A stretch of 64,000 nt of DNA. It comes from Myxococcota bacterium. GTDB taxonomy: Bacteria > Myxococcota_A > UBA9160 > SZUA-336. This document shows positions 28,299 through 38,105 of this stretch, piece after piece. The number at the start of each line of letters is the position of its first letter. Position 1 is the stretch's first letter. The notes below the pieces were generated by a model. It saw nothing but the letters and a program-made list of their open reading frames with translations, was not told where the DNA came from and made no database searches. Location of the stretch: contig CBDFGR010000003.1 in NCBI GenBank assembly GCA_965247115.1, positions 1,987,867 through 2,051,866 of the forward strand, given 5' to 3'. The translations under genes were made by a program, and so were the position numbers.

Positions 28299-28730
28299 TC
28301 AGGACGTCTGCGCCTTCAGCGCGTCGAGGCCAGCCTGAGAGCAGGCGACGTCCTGCTCGACGGAACCGCCTCCCGCTCCGATGCCGCCGACGACCTCGCC
28401 GTCGATCACCACCGGAAGCCCGCCGCCGACCATCGTCGCCCTCGAGAAGTGCGACAAGCCCACAACCAGGGACTGGTCGTCCTTGAGCATCTGGTAGAGA
28501 TCCTCCGTGCCCATACCAAAGAGCGCGGTGAATGCCTTGCGTTGACACCCCTCGACCCCCAGGAGTATGGCCCCGTCCATTCGACCGAACGCCTTGAGAT
28601 TCCCGCCTTCGTCGACCACGGCAACGTTCTGTTTGCAGCCGAGCTGTTCGGCCCTTTCGATCGCCGCAGCGACCATCACTGTGGCCGCTTCATAAGAAAG
28701 GGCGCGCTTGGAAAAAGTCTGAGCCATCAA
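28299..28730 (-). CDS. GlcG/HbpS-like haem-binding protein (DUF336)
   Basis: 143 aa with a Gly-rich C-terminal block (…VVGGIGAGGGS…) typical of the GlcG/DUF336 family. Confidence 0.65.
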   Translation of the reverse strand: MMAQTFSKRALSYEAATVMVAAAIERAEQLGCKQNVAVVDEGGNLKAFGRMDGAILLGVEGCQRKAFTALFGMGTEDLYQMLKDDQSLVVGLSHFSRATMVGGGLPVVIDGEVVGGIGAGGGSVEQDVACSQAGLDALKAQTS

Positions 28731-29021
28731 AGGTTCTCCTGTGCTCCGCCGTCCTTGGTGGGCTCTCTATTCTACTGGACTCGAACCAGGGACCAACCGG
28801 TTATGAGCTCGGGTCAGCGCTCGCGCTCAGCCGAGGCGCCCTGCCAACGACCCTCCGACCGATTGGTTAGAGTGACCTCCGACTTCTTGCCTACGTAATA
28901 AAACGTCGCCCTAAAGTCACCGGTAGATCAGCTACTTACGGTGTCGAACCGCTACGGTACCGCTACGGGTTCCGAGCCAGCGGGTCTCAGACGCCCAGTA
29001 CACGCGGCGAGTGACACGGTT

Positions 29022-29100
29022 CTGGTCGGGGCGGCCGGATTTGAACCGGCGACTTCTTGCTCCCGAAGCAAGCGCGCTACCAGGCTGCGCTACGCCCCGA
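29022..29100 (-). tRNA. tRNA-Pro (anticodon CGG)
   Basis: The reverse complement reads TCGGGGCGTAGCGCAGCCTGGTAGCGCGCTTGCTTCGGGAGCAAG…GGTTCAAAATCCGGCCGCCCCGACCA, a cloverleaf with a 7-bp acceptor stem, the anticodon loop CTTCGGGAG and an encoded CCA. Ends are accurate to ±1-2 nt. Confidence 0.85.
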
Positions 29101-29135
29101 TGAGGGAGGCTCGAAACGGGCTCGGAGTCTAGCGA

Positions 29136-31028
29136 CTATTCCTGGAAGGCGCGCAGGACCCGGGCTCTGCTGGGGTGCCGGAGCTTGCGAAGGGCTTTGG
29201 CCTCGATCTGGCGGATGCGCTCGCGGGTCACCGAGAAGTCCTGGCCGACCTCTTCCAGCGTGTGGTTCGAACGCTCGCCGATGCCGAAGCGCATCTTGAG
29301 CACCTTCTCCTCGCGCGGGGTGAGCGTCGAGAGCACCTTGAGCGTGTGCTCGGCGAGATTGCGCTGCATGACCTCGTCTGTCACCGACACGCGCTTATCG
29401 TCTTTCAGGAAGTCTCCGAGGTGGCTGTCGTCGTCCTCCCCGATCGGCGTCTCGAGCGAGATCGGCTCTCGCGTGATCTTGAGGACCATCTGGACCTTCT
29501 CCATGCTCATTTCCATCTCGGCCGCGATCTCTTCGGACATCGGCTCGCGACCCATCTTCTGCACGAGGTAGCGCTGCGCCCGCACGAGCTTGTTCATCGT
29601 CTCGATCATGTGTACCGGGATACGGATGGTCTTGGCCTGATCCGCGATGGCGCGCGTGATGGCCTGACGGATCCACCAGGTGGCGTAGGTCGAGAACTTG
29701 TAGCCGCGGCGCCACTCGAACTTGTCGACGGCCTTCATCAGGCCGATGTTCCCCTCCTGAATCAGGTCCAGGAACTGCAGACCCCGATTCGTGTACTTCT
29801 TCGCGATCGACACAACCAGGCGGAGATTCGCCTCGATCAGCTCGCTCTTGGCTTGGCGTGCGCGCTCCCGATCGGCGCTGATGTGCTCGAGGCAGTCCAC
29901 GGCCTCCTCGCGCGTACAGTGAAGCTCCGCTTCCAGCTTTCGGACGCGCCTTTGTGCTGCGGTCACCTCCTTCTCGGTGATCAAGATCGCTTCCGCGTTC
30001 CCACCGAGGCGGGCGAGCGCCTTCTTGCCTGGTACGGAGCGCCGTCGCGACTGCGCAGCGAGCTGCAGGAACTCGTCGCCGTCGGACTGTTTGTAGGGCT
30101 TGAGGATGCGGGTCACGATATCGCGCTGATCGTTGATCTCGGCAACGAAACCCTCGATCGAGCTGATCCGACGCCAGATGAAGGGCTTCACCAGACCGGT
30201 GCGGCGAACGCGCGCGGCATGACGCGTGCGGATCTCATCGACCTCGGCAGCGATTCGCTCGCGCGTCTCTTCACCGGTGCGTCTGTTCGAGAGCACGCGT
30301 TGCCGCTTGGCGACTTCCGTTTGGGACCGGCGGAGCTGGGTCAGAGCCTGGAGCAGCCTTGCTCGTTTGTCATCGAGCGTCTCCGGGTCACCCTCTGCGA
30401 TCTGCGGAAAGAGATCCCGCACCTCTCGGTCGCCCTTACGGATCGCGTCGCCGACCTCGAGCAGCTCAGCGACTGCGATGGGCGACTTCAGCACGCGTGC
30501 GAGCGCATCCTCTTCACCGGACTCGATACGCTTTGCGATCACGACCTCGCCTTCGCGGGTCAGCAGGGACACCGCTCCCATCTCGCGCAGATAGACGCGC
30601 ACGGGATCGTTGGAGCGGTAGCTCTCGTAGTCGTCGCCGTTGGAGCGCCGGCGGGGCTCCGGCTTGCGGGTTACCACCGGCGGCTCCCAGTTCTGGAGAA
30701 CGACGCTGTGCCGCCGGAACAGCGCAACGACCTCTTCGAGACGCTCAGGCGACTTCAGCATCCGCTCGGGTAACGCCTTTAGGAGCTGCGCCCCATCGGC
30801 GTGTCCGGACTCCTTCCCCTTGCGGAGTAGCTGACGCAGGCTGGGGCTGCTCTGCCTGACCTCGGGCTTCCCGTCCGCGGCCACGGCAGCCCCGTTGCGC
30901 TTGCTGGCGAGTGGGCCGCTCGCCTCTTGCACCGTCCCTCTGGCCCGTGTCGTCTTCTGGGCCTTCGCTACCCTGGGACGCTTCGTGGGCTGCGACTTGC
31001 GCTTGGTCGGGGGGGTGATGGTCGGCAT
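29136..31028 (-). CDS. rpoD: RNA polymerase primary sigma factor sigma-70
   Basis: Regions 1.2-4.2 are present (…[44 protein letters not shown]…). The start was set to the ATG at 31028 ([11 protein letters not shown]…), 40 nt downstream of the dnaG stop. The track ORF extends in frame to 31202 across a C11 tract. Confidence 0.9.
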   Translation of the reverse strand: MPTITPPTKRKSQPTKRPRVAKAQKTTRARGTVQEASGPLASKRNGAAVAADGKPEVRQSSPSLRQLLRKGKESGHADGAQLLKALPERMLKSPERLEEVVALFRRHSVVLQNWEPPVVTRKPEPRRRSNGDDYESYRSNDPVRVYLREMGAVSLLTREGEVVIAKRIESGEEDALARVLKSPIAVAELLEVGDAIRKGDREVRDLFPQIAEGDPETLDDKRARLLQALTQLRRSQTEVAKRQRVLSNRRTGEETRERIAAEVDEIRTRHAARVRRTGLVKPFIWRRISSIEGFVAEINDQRDIVTRILKPYKQSDGDEFLQLAAQSRRRSVPGKKALARLGGNAEAILITEKEVTAAQRRVRKLEAELHCTREEAVDCLEHISADRERARQAKSELIEANLRLVVSIAKKYTNRGLQFLDLIQEGNIGLMKAVDKFEWRRGYKFSTYATWWIRQAITRAIADQAKTIRIPVHMIETMNKLVRAQRYLVQKMGREPMSEEIAAEMEMSMEKVQMVLKITREPISLETPIGEDDDSHLGDFLKDDKRVSVTDEVMQRNLAEHTLKVLSTLTPREEKVLKMRFGIGERSNHTLEEVGQDFSVTRERIRQIEAKALRKLRHPSRARVLRAFQE

Positions 31029-31039
31029 GGGGGGGGGGG
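31029..31039 (-). repeat. G11/C11 homopolymer tract between the rpoD RBS and start codon
   Basis: Minus strand reads AGTAAGGAGTT-C11-ATG. A perfect 11-nt mononucleotide run is very unusual in this 68% GC genome. Confidence 0.8.
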
Positions 31040-31068
31040 AACTCCTTACTCCATAACGGTGGTAAAGG

Positions 31069-32913
31069 TTAGACCTGCTGAACCTGGCTCCAGAGCTCGC
31101 GCCTCTGCGCCATGTAACGCTGCTGCTCCTCCAGGAGCTCGGAGACCTGATCCGAATCACTGCAGGATTCAAGCCGGACACGAAGGCCCTTGAGCTTGCC
31201 ATCCAGCCAGCGGCGGCCGAGCTGCGCCACGCAGTCCCGAGCGGCGCGCTCCGCTGCCATCCGGTCCTCCGGCTCGTGCTTGAGCAGGATCTCGGGCAGC
31301 ACTGCCTTCAGGCGTTCGCCGATCTCACGCGCCTCGGGCGTGACCAGCTGAGCAGCCGCATTGGAGCCGTGGGTCCGCGTCGCCGCCGCCAGCGCGAGGA
31401 TGAGCTCGCTGCCGTCGAGGTCGTGAAGCCACTCGGGGTCGAGCTGATCCAGAACCCCAAGCGTGTCTATGGGAAACGCCCCCAGGGCACCGAGCAGGTC
31501 GCGTAGAGCCGGGGCAAGCTCGATTGGTCGGGCCGGCTCGGTGACGGGGCGGGCCTCTGGCTGGGGTCCGGGTGCAGGCCCGTTCGCAGGTTCCTCGAGC
31601 GACCGCTCGAGGGCAGCGGGGGGGATCTCCAGGCTGCTCGACACTTGGCGGACGTAGGCGGCCCGCTCGACCGCATCCGGGACCGCACGCAGGTAGGGAG
31701 CGATCTCCCGCACGACGTCGCCCGCGGCCCAAGCGTGATCTGATGCTTTTACGAGCGCGCGGTCGATCAGCGCATCGAGCAAGGGCACAGCACGCTCCAC
31801 GCAGCTCTGCAGAGCGGCGGGACCCGAAGCGTTGAGAAGGTCGTCCGGGTCCTGGCCCGCGGGCAGGAAGGCGCTGCGCACGCGCAGACCCTCCGCCAGC
31901 AAACCGGGCAAGCCGCGTTCCGCCGCCCGCTGGCCAGCGGAGTCGCCATCGAACAGGAGTACGACCTCCTGGGCGTAGCGCCGCAGGCGCCTCGCGTGCT
32001 CGGTCGTGAGAGCGGTGCCACAGGGTGCCACGGCCTCCTCGATGCCGGCCCGGTGGAGAGCGATCAGATCGAAGTACCCCTCCACTACGATCACGCGCCC
32101 GTTCTTGCGGATGGAGTCGAGCGCCAGAGGTAGCCCGAACAGGACGCGGCTCTTGCGGTAGACGGGGCTCTCGGGCGAGTTCAGGTACTTGGGCGTGTCG
32201 TCCGGGCCGAGTCCGCGCCCGCCGAAGCCGAGCACATTCCCCGCGGGCTCCTTGATGGGGAAGACGATCCGATTGCGAAAGCGATCGTAGTGACCCTCTC
32301 CGCTCTGGCTCTTCGCGACCAGGCCGGCCCGCTCTGCGTCAGCCAGACCGTTCCGACCCAGATGCTCCACCAGCCCTCGCGGCGGCGCGTACCCGAGCTC
32401 GAAGCGTTCGATCAGCTCGTTGGAGATGCCGCGCCGCTCGAGATACTCGCGCGCCCGAGCCCCCCTGGCCGCGTGGAGCTGCGAGCGGAAGTACTCGAGT
32501 GCTGCGTCATTCGCGCGGTAGAGCGCGCGAGTACGTTCGCCCGACCCCGCGTCACCCTCGGGGATGTCGATCCCGAGCTCCCGAGCCAGAACGCGCACCG
32601 TGTCGGGAAAGTCGAGGGCGCCATGACGCATGCAGAACCCGAAGACGTCACCACCGGCCTGACAGCCAAAACAGTAAAAAACCTGCCGCTCTCGGTGAAC
32701 GGTAAAGGAGGGTGTCTTCTCCTCGTGAAAAGGACACAGTCCCCAGAGTCGGTTCCCCGACTCCTTGAGGGTCACGTGGCGGCCGACGATCTGCACGATG
32801 TCGGCGCGCGCGCGAACCTCTTCCACAACCTGCTCTGGGATCCGCGCCACTCCCTCCCTAACCCCTCGTTTCTTCACTCGGTCAGTTGGGACGACTCGGG
32901 CCCGACGCAGCAC
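31069..32913 (-). CDS. dnaG: DNA primase
   Basis: CHC2 zinc finger ([13 protein letters not shown]…[11 protein letters not shown]) and a Toprim domain. Gene order is rpsU-dnaG-rpoD. Confidence 0.9.
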   Translation of the reverse strand: MLRRARVVPTDRVKKRGVREGVARIPEQVVEEVRARADIVQIVGRHVTLKESGNRLWGLCPFHEEKTPSFTVHRERQVFYCFGCQAGGDVFGFCMRHGALDFPDTVRVLARELGIDIPEGDAGSGERTRALYRANDAALEYFRSQLHAARGARAREYLERRGISNELIERFELGYAPPRGLVEHLGRNGLADAERAGLVAKSQSGEGHYDRFRNRIVFPIKEPAGNVLGFGGRGLGPDDTPKYLNSPESPVYRKSRVLFGLPLALDSIRKNGRVIVVEGYFDLIALHRAGIEEAVAPCGTALTTEHARRLRRYAQEVVLLFDGDSAGQRAAERGLPGLLAEGLRVRSAFLPAGQDPDDLLNASGPAALQSCVERAVPLLDALIDRALVKASDHAWAAGDVVREIAPYLRAVPDAVERAAYVRQVSSSLEIPPAALERSLEEPANGPAPGPQPEARPVTEPARPIELAPALRDLLGALGAFPIDTLGVLDQLDPEWLHDLDGSELILALAAATRTHGSNAAAQLVTPEAREIGERLKAVLPEILLKHEPEDRMAAERAARDCVAQLGRRWLDGKLKGLRVRLESCSDSDQVSELLEEQQRYMAQRRELWSQVQQV

Positions 32914-32938
32914 TGCTGCGCCGGGCCCGACGAAAAAC

Positions 32939-33133
32939 TCACCTTGCTGCTCGCGCCTTCTTCAACGCCCGCTTTCGAGCAGCCATCGCCTTCTTTTTCT
33001 TTCTGACGCTGGGCTTCTCGTAGCGCTCGCGCTTCCTGAGCTCATACATCAATCCGGCCTTCTCGCACTGCTTCTTGAAGCGCTTGAGAGCGCCCTCGAA
33101 CGACTCGTTCTCTTTGAGCTTCAGACCAGGCAG
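32939..33133 (-). CDS. rpsU: 30S ribosomal protein S21
   Basis: Not in the ORF track. Translation on the minus strand gives [73 protein letters not shown] lies 6 nt upstream of a CTG, and no ATG/GTG/TTG occurs in frame after the upstream TAG stop. Confidence 0.75.
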   Translation of the reverse strand: MPGLKLKENESFEGALKRFKKQCEKAGLMYELRKRERYEKPSVRKKKKAMAARKRALKKARAAR

Positions 33134-33487
33134 AACGGACTCCTCCCCTGAGTGCGACGGCCGCTATCGCGAAGAACGCAACCGACTGTGTATAGACCAC
33201 TCGCCCCGGCCATCAACCCTCCCGGGGTAGCGATCCCACCGAATGCTGGGGGCGCCTGCATTGCACCGCCGCCCCCGGAACCGCCTTCTGGGATCGCGGC
33301 TCCTCACAGAAAACTGCTTATTTTTCAACCACTTACCTTGGGTCGGTCGCGGAGGAAGAACCTAGCACACCCGTTTCCGCACGCGCAACACGGCACCCCG
33401 TCCCCGCGGCGAGTGGTCCGACCAGCTGTCTGCCGGAAAGTGGCCACGGGGCGCTCAGGTTGGACCAGGCACACCGGTCGCGCGGCC

Positions 33488-34213
33488 TCAATCCGCGGCC
33501 AGCTTTTTGAGCGCATCCTCGAATCGCACCGCACCGCTGTAGAGCGCCTTGCCGAGCACCGCAGCCGCGATCACACCCGTCTGGGCCAGGCGCTGCAGAT
33601 CGTCGACGCTGCTGACCCCTCCAGCCGCAATGAATGGATGCGACGTAGATCGAGCCAGCTCGACGGTTGCCGCCAGATTCGGACCACCCATCATCCCGTC
33701 GCGCTCGATGTCCGTGTGCAGGACTCCCGCGAGAGGCAGATCTGCGAAGCGCTTCAAGACCTCTGCACTCGTGAAATCGGAGGTCTCCAGCCAGCCACGC
33801 ACGGCGACGCGTCCCCCACGGGCATCTAGACCCAGAATGACGCGCTTCGGGTGGCGTTCGCTGATCGAGGCGAGAAGGCGGGGCTGCTCGAGGGCCGCGG
33901 TGCCCATGATGACGCGGTCCGCACCCATTCCGACCAGAGCGTTGACACGCTCCAGCGTGCGGATGCCACCGCCGACCTGGACCGGAATTCGACCCGCCTC
34001 ACTCAGGATGCGTTGGATGAGCGGGGTGTTCGTGGACTCGCCGTCACGGGCTGCGTCGAGATCGACCACGTGAAGCCGCGTCGCACCCTTGGCGCACAGG
34101 TCTTTCGCGACGGACACGGGATCTGCGTCATAAATGGTCTCCCGGTCGTAGTCCCCCTGCTCGAGCCGGACCAGCTGCCCCGCGCGCAGGTCGATCGCCG
34201 GGATTACCTCCAC
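33488..34213 (-). CDS. hisA: 1-(5-phosphoribosyl)-5-[(5-phosphoribosylamino)methylideneamino]imidazole-4-carboxamide isomerase
   Basis: …VIPAIDLRAGQLVRLEQGDY… and a (beta/alpha)8 HisA pattern. GTG start at 34213 with a GAGG motif about 10 nt upstream. The track ATG at 34309 would overlap the upstream gene by more than 100 nt. Confidence 0.75.
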   Translation of the reverse strand: MEVIPAIDLRAGQLVRLEQGDYDRETIYDADPVSVAKDLCAKGATRLHVVDLDAARDGESTNTPLIQRILSEAGRIPVQVGGGIRTLERVNALVGMGADRVIMGTAALEQPRLLASISERHPKRVILGLDARGGRVAVRGWLETSDFTSAEVLKRFADLPLAGVLHTDIERDGMMGGPNLAATVELARSTSHPFIAAGGVSSVDDLQRLAQTGVIAAAVLGKALYSGAVRFEDALKKLAAD

Positions 34214-34911
34214 GCGGAGCGGACCTCGCCCAGCTCCTGCATCAGCTCCCTGGCGCCGTAGCGCGACAGCTCCTCTGGGATTACCCAGCGAAAGCCTCGC
34301 TCGCGCCACCTGGCAAAGGAGCCTGGGTCCTCGGATACGCTCCTCTGGACCTCGTCGTAGCTCGCCTCCCAGAGCAGCTCGCCACCCGCCGTTCGGAGCT
34401 CGACGTCGAACCAGACGGAGGCGGGTCGGCTCGCACCCCGGGGCCCTCCCTCGCGCTCCGAGTAGCGGCGTACCCTGCCGGTCATGATCGCGTCCACGCC
34501 AAAGGCCGAGTTGAGCTCGCTGCCCAGGCGCCGTGGGTTCGAGGGCGCGGACACGTTCTGGAGCCAGAGCTGGATGTCACCAGGAGGCACAGCCTCCAGT
34601 CCTCCCCACTGGACGAGCGCGCTCGCAACGCGCGCAGTCGCGGTCTCGGAGGCAACCATCGCCTCCTCGCCCGTCAGCACGTCGCGCGGCCCGAAGGGCT
34701 CAAAAGACATCGGCACCACCGCCACGAGCGTAACCTTGTGATCCGACGCCCTCGGCAGCTCCGAATACACAACCGGCGTGCACCCCACCACCAACAACGC
34801 CAACAACCCCACAGGCAACCAGCAAGCGGTGCGAAGCGAATCGCGCCGGGTCGCTGACCCGGGGGAGGACCGCTCGCGCGCCCGGTCCCACAAGGCTCTC
34901 GGGGCCCTCAT
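34204..34911 (-). CDS. Hypothetical lipoprotein embedded in the his cluster
   Basis: Lipobox LALLVVGC. Sits between hisB and hisA, the position usually held by hisH. Confidence 0.5.
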   Translation of the reverse strand: MRAPRALWDRARERSSPGSATRRDSLRTACWLPVGLLALLVVGCTPVVYSELPRASDHKVTLVAVVPMSFEPFGPRDVLTGEEAMVASETATARVASALVQWGGLEAVPPGDIQLWLQNVSAPSNPRRLGSELNSAFGVDAIMTGRVRRYSEREGGPRGASRPASVWFDVELRTAGGELLWEASYDEVQRSVSEDPGSFARWRERGFRWVIPEELSRYGARELMQELGEVRSAWR

Positions 34912-35498
34912 CAGAGCGATCCCTTGGTAGTGAGCGGCCCCTGGACGCGCGGGTCCGGGGTGGTAGCCGCGTCCAGAGCGCGGCCCAGGCCCTTGAATAC
35001 TGCCTCGACGATGTGGTGGACGCTGTGACCGTACGAGCGCTCGACGTGCAGGTCGATCCCGCCATTGCTGCAGAGCGCGTATAGAAAATCCTCGACGAGC
35101 GCGGCGTCGAAGTTCCCGACCCAGTCCCGGCTGAGCTCGACGCGGTAGACAAGGTAGGGACGGTTCGACAGATCCAGGTCGACGCAGACGCGAGCATCGG
35201 CCATCGGGATGCGAGCCGACCCGAAGCGCCGGAGCCCGGAGCGATCCCCCAGTGCGGCCTTGAGCGCCTGGCCGAGCGCGATGCCCACGTCCTCTACGGT
35301 GTGGTGCTGATCGACCTCCAGGTCTCCCCTGGCCTGGATCTGGAGATTGAAGAGCCCGTGACGCGCAAAGGAGTCCAGCAGGTGGTCGAAGAAGGGGACG
35401 CCGGTGTCGACCTCGGCGGAACCGGTTCCGTCCAGGCCGAGTTCGACCTGGATCTCCGTCTCGCGGGTCTTCCTGGATATGCTGCCGTGTCGTTCCAT
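34911..35498 (-). CDS. hisB: Imidazoleglycerol-phosphate dehydratase
   Basis: …SRKTRETEIQVELGLDG… and duplicated metal-binding His motifs (D..LDSFARH / …HHIVEA…) typical of IGPD. Confidence 0.9.
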   Translation of the reverse strand: MERHGSISRKTRETEIQVELGLDGTGSAEVDTGVPFFDHLLDSFARHGLFNLQIQARGDLEVDQHHTVEDVGIALGQALKAALGDRSGLRRFGSARIPMADARVCVDLDLSNRPYLVYRVELSRDWVGNFDAALVEDFLYALCSNGGIDLHVERSYGHSVHHIVEAVFKGLGRALDAATTPDPRVQGPLTTKGSL

Positions 35499-35523
35499 GG
35501 TGCTGGCAACGAGTAGACCCGAA

Positions 35524-36837
35524 TTACTCGGTCGGGTCCACCTTTCCGCCGGTCCGGACCTCGACCGCCCTGCTGTGAGCGATCAGTCCCTCCATGCGTG
35601 CCAGCCGCGCGGCTACGGGTGCGAGTCGCCGGAACCCCGCTTCGGAGAACTCGACAAGGCTCGTCGTCTTCTGGAAGTCCTCGACCCGGAGGACGGAGAA
35701 GAAGCGCGCGGTCCCCGAGGTGGGCAATACGTGACTGGGGCCGGCCACGTAGTCCCCGAGAGGAACAGGGCTGTACGGCCCGATGAAGATGGCGCCCGCA
35801 TTCTCGATCTGGGGCAGCCAGCGGTCGGGATCCGAGGTAAAGAGCTGCAGATGCTCCGGGGCGTAGCGGTTCGCGAGCGTCAGGGCCTCCGGGAGGTCCC
35901 GCGTCACGATCAGCGCGCCGCCCGCAGCCAGCGCCTGACCGGCGACAGGGGCCGTCGGCAGCTCCGAGAGCTGCTTCTCGAGCTGCTCGCGTGTGGACCG
36001 CGCCAGGGCCTCGCTCGGGGTCGCCAGCACGGCACCGGAGCGCACGTCGTGCTCGGCCTGGGCCAGCAGGTCGGCTGCGATCAGAGCCGGATCCGCATCC
36101 GCCTCGGCCACGATGAAGACCTCGCTCGGACCCGCCTCGGAATCGATTGCAACCTCGCCGAAGACCTGACGTTTCGCCTCCTGGACGTAGGCGTTGCCCG
36201 GCCCCACGATCTTGTCGACGCGTGGGATGCTCTCGGTCCCGAAGGCCAGTGCAGCCACAGCCTGCGCTCCTCCCACCCGGTACAGGTGGCTGGCTCCAAC
36301 CAGGCGGGCAGCCTCCAGCATGGCGGGATGCGGCTCTCGTCCCGGACTGCTCACGACCAGGTCCGGGACGCCCGCCACTCCGGCCGGGATGCCCAGCATG
36401 AGCACGGTAGAAGCCAGGGGCGCATTTCCTGCCGGAGCGTAGATCGCAACGCGGCGGAGCGGTCGAACGAGCTGACCAAGGCGCTCGCCGTCCGCGCGCT
36501 GACTCCAGGACTCGGGGACTCGCTGCGAGTGAAAGGACTTCACACGCCGCGCGGCCAGCTGCAGAGCGTCGGCGTTTTCGGGAGCGAGCTGCGCGGCCCC
36601 TGCCTCGAGCTGCTCGCGCGTCAGCACGAGCTCGCTTGCGCTCGTGCGGTACCCGTCGAAGCGCTCGATCGCTGCAAGAACTCCCTCGTCACCCCGGCTG
36701 CGTACGTCCGCGAGGATCGCCGCGACGCTCTCCTCGAGTGCCGCTCTCTCGCCGTGACGGCGCCTCTCGAGTTTCGAGAACTCGGACTCGAAGCCGGAGA
36801 CGCTCGTGTCGAGCCTTTGAACGGCGAGCGGGGAGGG
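35524..36837 (-). CDS. hisD: Histidinol dehydrogenase
   Basis: HisD core present (…GGAQAVAALAFGTESIPRVDKIVGPGNAYV…). The start was set to the GTG at 36837, 8 nt after the murA stop. The longer track ORF overlaps murA. Confidence 0.8.
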   Translation of the reverse strand, partial: PSPLAVQRLDTSVSGFESEFSKLERRRHGERAALEESVAAILADVRSRGDEGVLAAIERFDGYRTSASELVLTREQLEAGAAQLAPENADALQLAARRVKSFHSQRVPESWSQRADGERLGQLVRPLRRVAIYAPAGNAPLASTVLMLGIPAGVAGVPDLVVSSPGREPHPAMLEAARLVGASHLYRVGGAQAVAALAFGTESIPRVDKIVGPGNAYVQEAKRQVFGEVAIDSEAGPSEVFIVAEADADPALIAADLLAQAEHDVRSGAVLATPSEALARSTREQLEKQLSELPTAPVAGQALAAGGALIVTRDLPEALTLANRYAPEHLQLFTSDPDRWLPQIENAGAIFIGPYSPVPLGDYVAGPSHVLPTSGTARFFSVLRVEDFQKTTSLVEFSEAGFRRLAPVAARLARMEGLIAHSRAVEVRTGGKVDPTE

Positions 36838-36845
36838 CACCGAGC

Positions 36846-38102
36846 CTACTCTTCTTCGCGGCGGATGCGCGCGCCCAGCGACTCCAGCTTCCGCTCGATC
36901 CGCTCGTAGCCGCGATCGATGTGGTAGACGCGGCGGACCCGCGTCTCGCCGCTCGCGGCGAGCCCGGCCAGCACGAGACATGCGCTCGCCCGCAGGTCCG
37001 TGGCCATCACCGGCGCACCGGAGAGCCGACGAGGCCCGCGGATGAACGCTCTCTGACCGTCGATCTGGATGTTCGCGTTCATGCGCACGAGCTCCGGGAC
37101 GTGCATGAACCGATTCTCGAAGATCTGCTCGGTGATCTCGCTCAGGCCCTCTGCCTGCGTGAGCAGAGCCATCGCTTGTGCCTGCATGTCGGTCGCGAAG
37201 CCCGGATACGGAGCCGTCTCCAGCTTCACCGCCCGCAGCTCCGCGCCCTGCGCAACTGATATCCGGTCCTCGGCCAGCGAGATTTCAAGACCCGTGTTCC
37301 GGAGCGCCTCGATCGGAGCCACGAGCTGAGACGGGTCGACCCCGGTCACCTCGACCTCGCCTCCCGTGATCGCCCCGGCAAGCAGCAGCGTCCCCGCCTC
37401 TATCCGATCGCCCGACACGAAGTGCCGCACTCCGGAGAGACGCGTTACGCCATGCACGGTCAAGCGCGAGGTTCCGACTCCCTCGATCTGGGCGCCCATC
37501 GCCTCGAGCACCCGGGTGAGCTCCGTGACCTCGGGCTCCTGCGAGGAGTTCTCGAGCACGCTCGTACCCTCGGCCAGCGTCGCGGCCATCAGTACGTTCT
37601 GCGTCCCGTTCACCGTCGGCACATCAAAGACGACGCGCGCACCCCGAAGACGCTGCACCCGAGCCTCGACGTAGCCGTTCGAGAGCTCGATTTTCGCGCC
37701 GAGCGCCTCCAGTCCCTTCAGGTGCTGGTCGACCGGGCGCGCGCCGATGGCGCAGCCACCCGGGAGTGACACCCGCGCGTGTCCACAACGGGCCAGCAGC
37801 GGACCGAGCACCATGAACGAGGCGCGCATGGTCCGCACCAGCTCGTAGGGCGCGTCCACGCGGTCGAGCTCGCCGCTCTCGATCGTGAGCTCGTCCCTCG
37901 ATTCCCAGCCGGCTCGAACCCCCAGACCCTCCAGGATCTTGCGCATCGTCTCCAGGTCGCGGACCCGGGGGGCGTTCCCGAAAGCCATTCTCTCTTCCGT
38001 GAGCAGCGAAGACGCCATGAGCGCCAGCACGGCGTTCTTCGAACCGCTGGCCCGGACGCTGCCCGAGAGAGGCACGCCCCCTTCGATCGTGAACCTGTCC
38101 AT
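36846..38102 (-). CDS. murA: UDP-N-acetylglucosamine 1-carboxyvinyltransferase
   Basis: N-terminus MDRFTIEGGVPLSGSVRASGSKNAVLALMASSLL matches MurA, and the length (418 aa) fits. Confidence 0.9.
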   Translation of the reverse strand: MDRFTIEGGVPLSGSVRASGSKNAVLALMASSLLTEERMAFGNAPRVRDLETMRKILEGLGVRAGWESRDELTIESGELDRVDAPYELVRTMRASFMVLGPLLARCGHARVSLPGGCAIGARPVDQHLKGLEALGAKIELSNGYVEARVQRLRGARVVFDVPTVNGTQNVLMAATLAEGTSVLENSSQEPEVTELTRVLEAMGAQIEGVGTSRLTVHGVTRLSGVRHFVSGDRIEAGTLLLAGAITGGEVEVTGVDPSQLVAPIEALRNTGLEISLAEDRISVAQGAELRAVKLETAPYPGFATDMQAQAMALLTQAEGLSEITEQIFENRFMHVPELVRMNANIQIDGQRAFIRGPRRLSGAPVMATDLRASACLVLAGLAASGETRVRRVYHIDRGYERIERKLESLGARIRREEE

Positions 38103-38105
38103 TCG

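Noticed and set aside
28948-28967. Direct repeat CCGCTACGG-TA-CCGCTACGG with a central palindromic GGTACC, just 3' of the tRNA
   Set aside because: It is too short and isolated to call an att site or terminator. No matching copy was found elsewhere by eye.
28941-29132. 63-aa plus-strand ORF ([10 protein letters not shown]…)
   Set aside because: It lies entirely over the tRNA-Pro gene on the opposite strand and is not coding.
31029-31202. Longer rpoD N-terminus starting at 31202 (MASSRAF…) and reading through the C11 tract as PPP
   Set aside because: That extension would overlap the dnaG 3' end by about 130 nt. It has no homology to sigma-70 region 1.1. The ATG at 31028 has a canonical AAGGAG upstream. 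It is kept only as a possibility in the findings.
33152-33829. 225-aa plus-strand ORF in the rpsU-hisA intergenic region
   Set aside because: Low-complexity Pro/Arg-rich translation that overlaps the hisA 3' end on the other strand. It is more likely promoter or leader DNA for rpsU-dnaG-rpoD.
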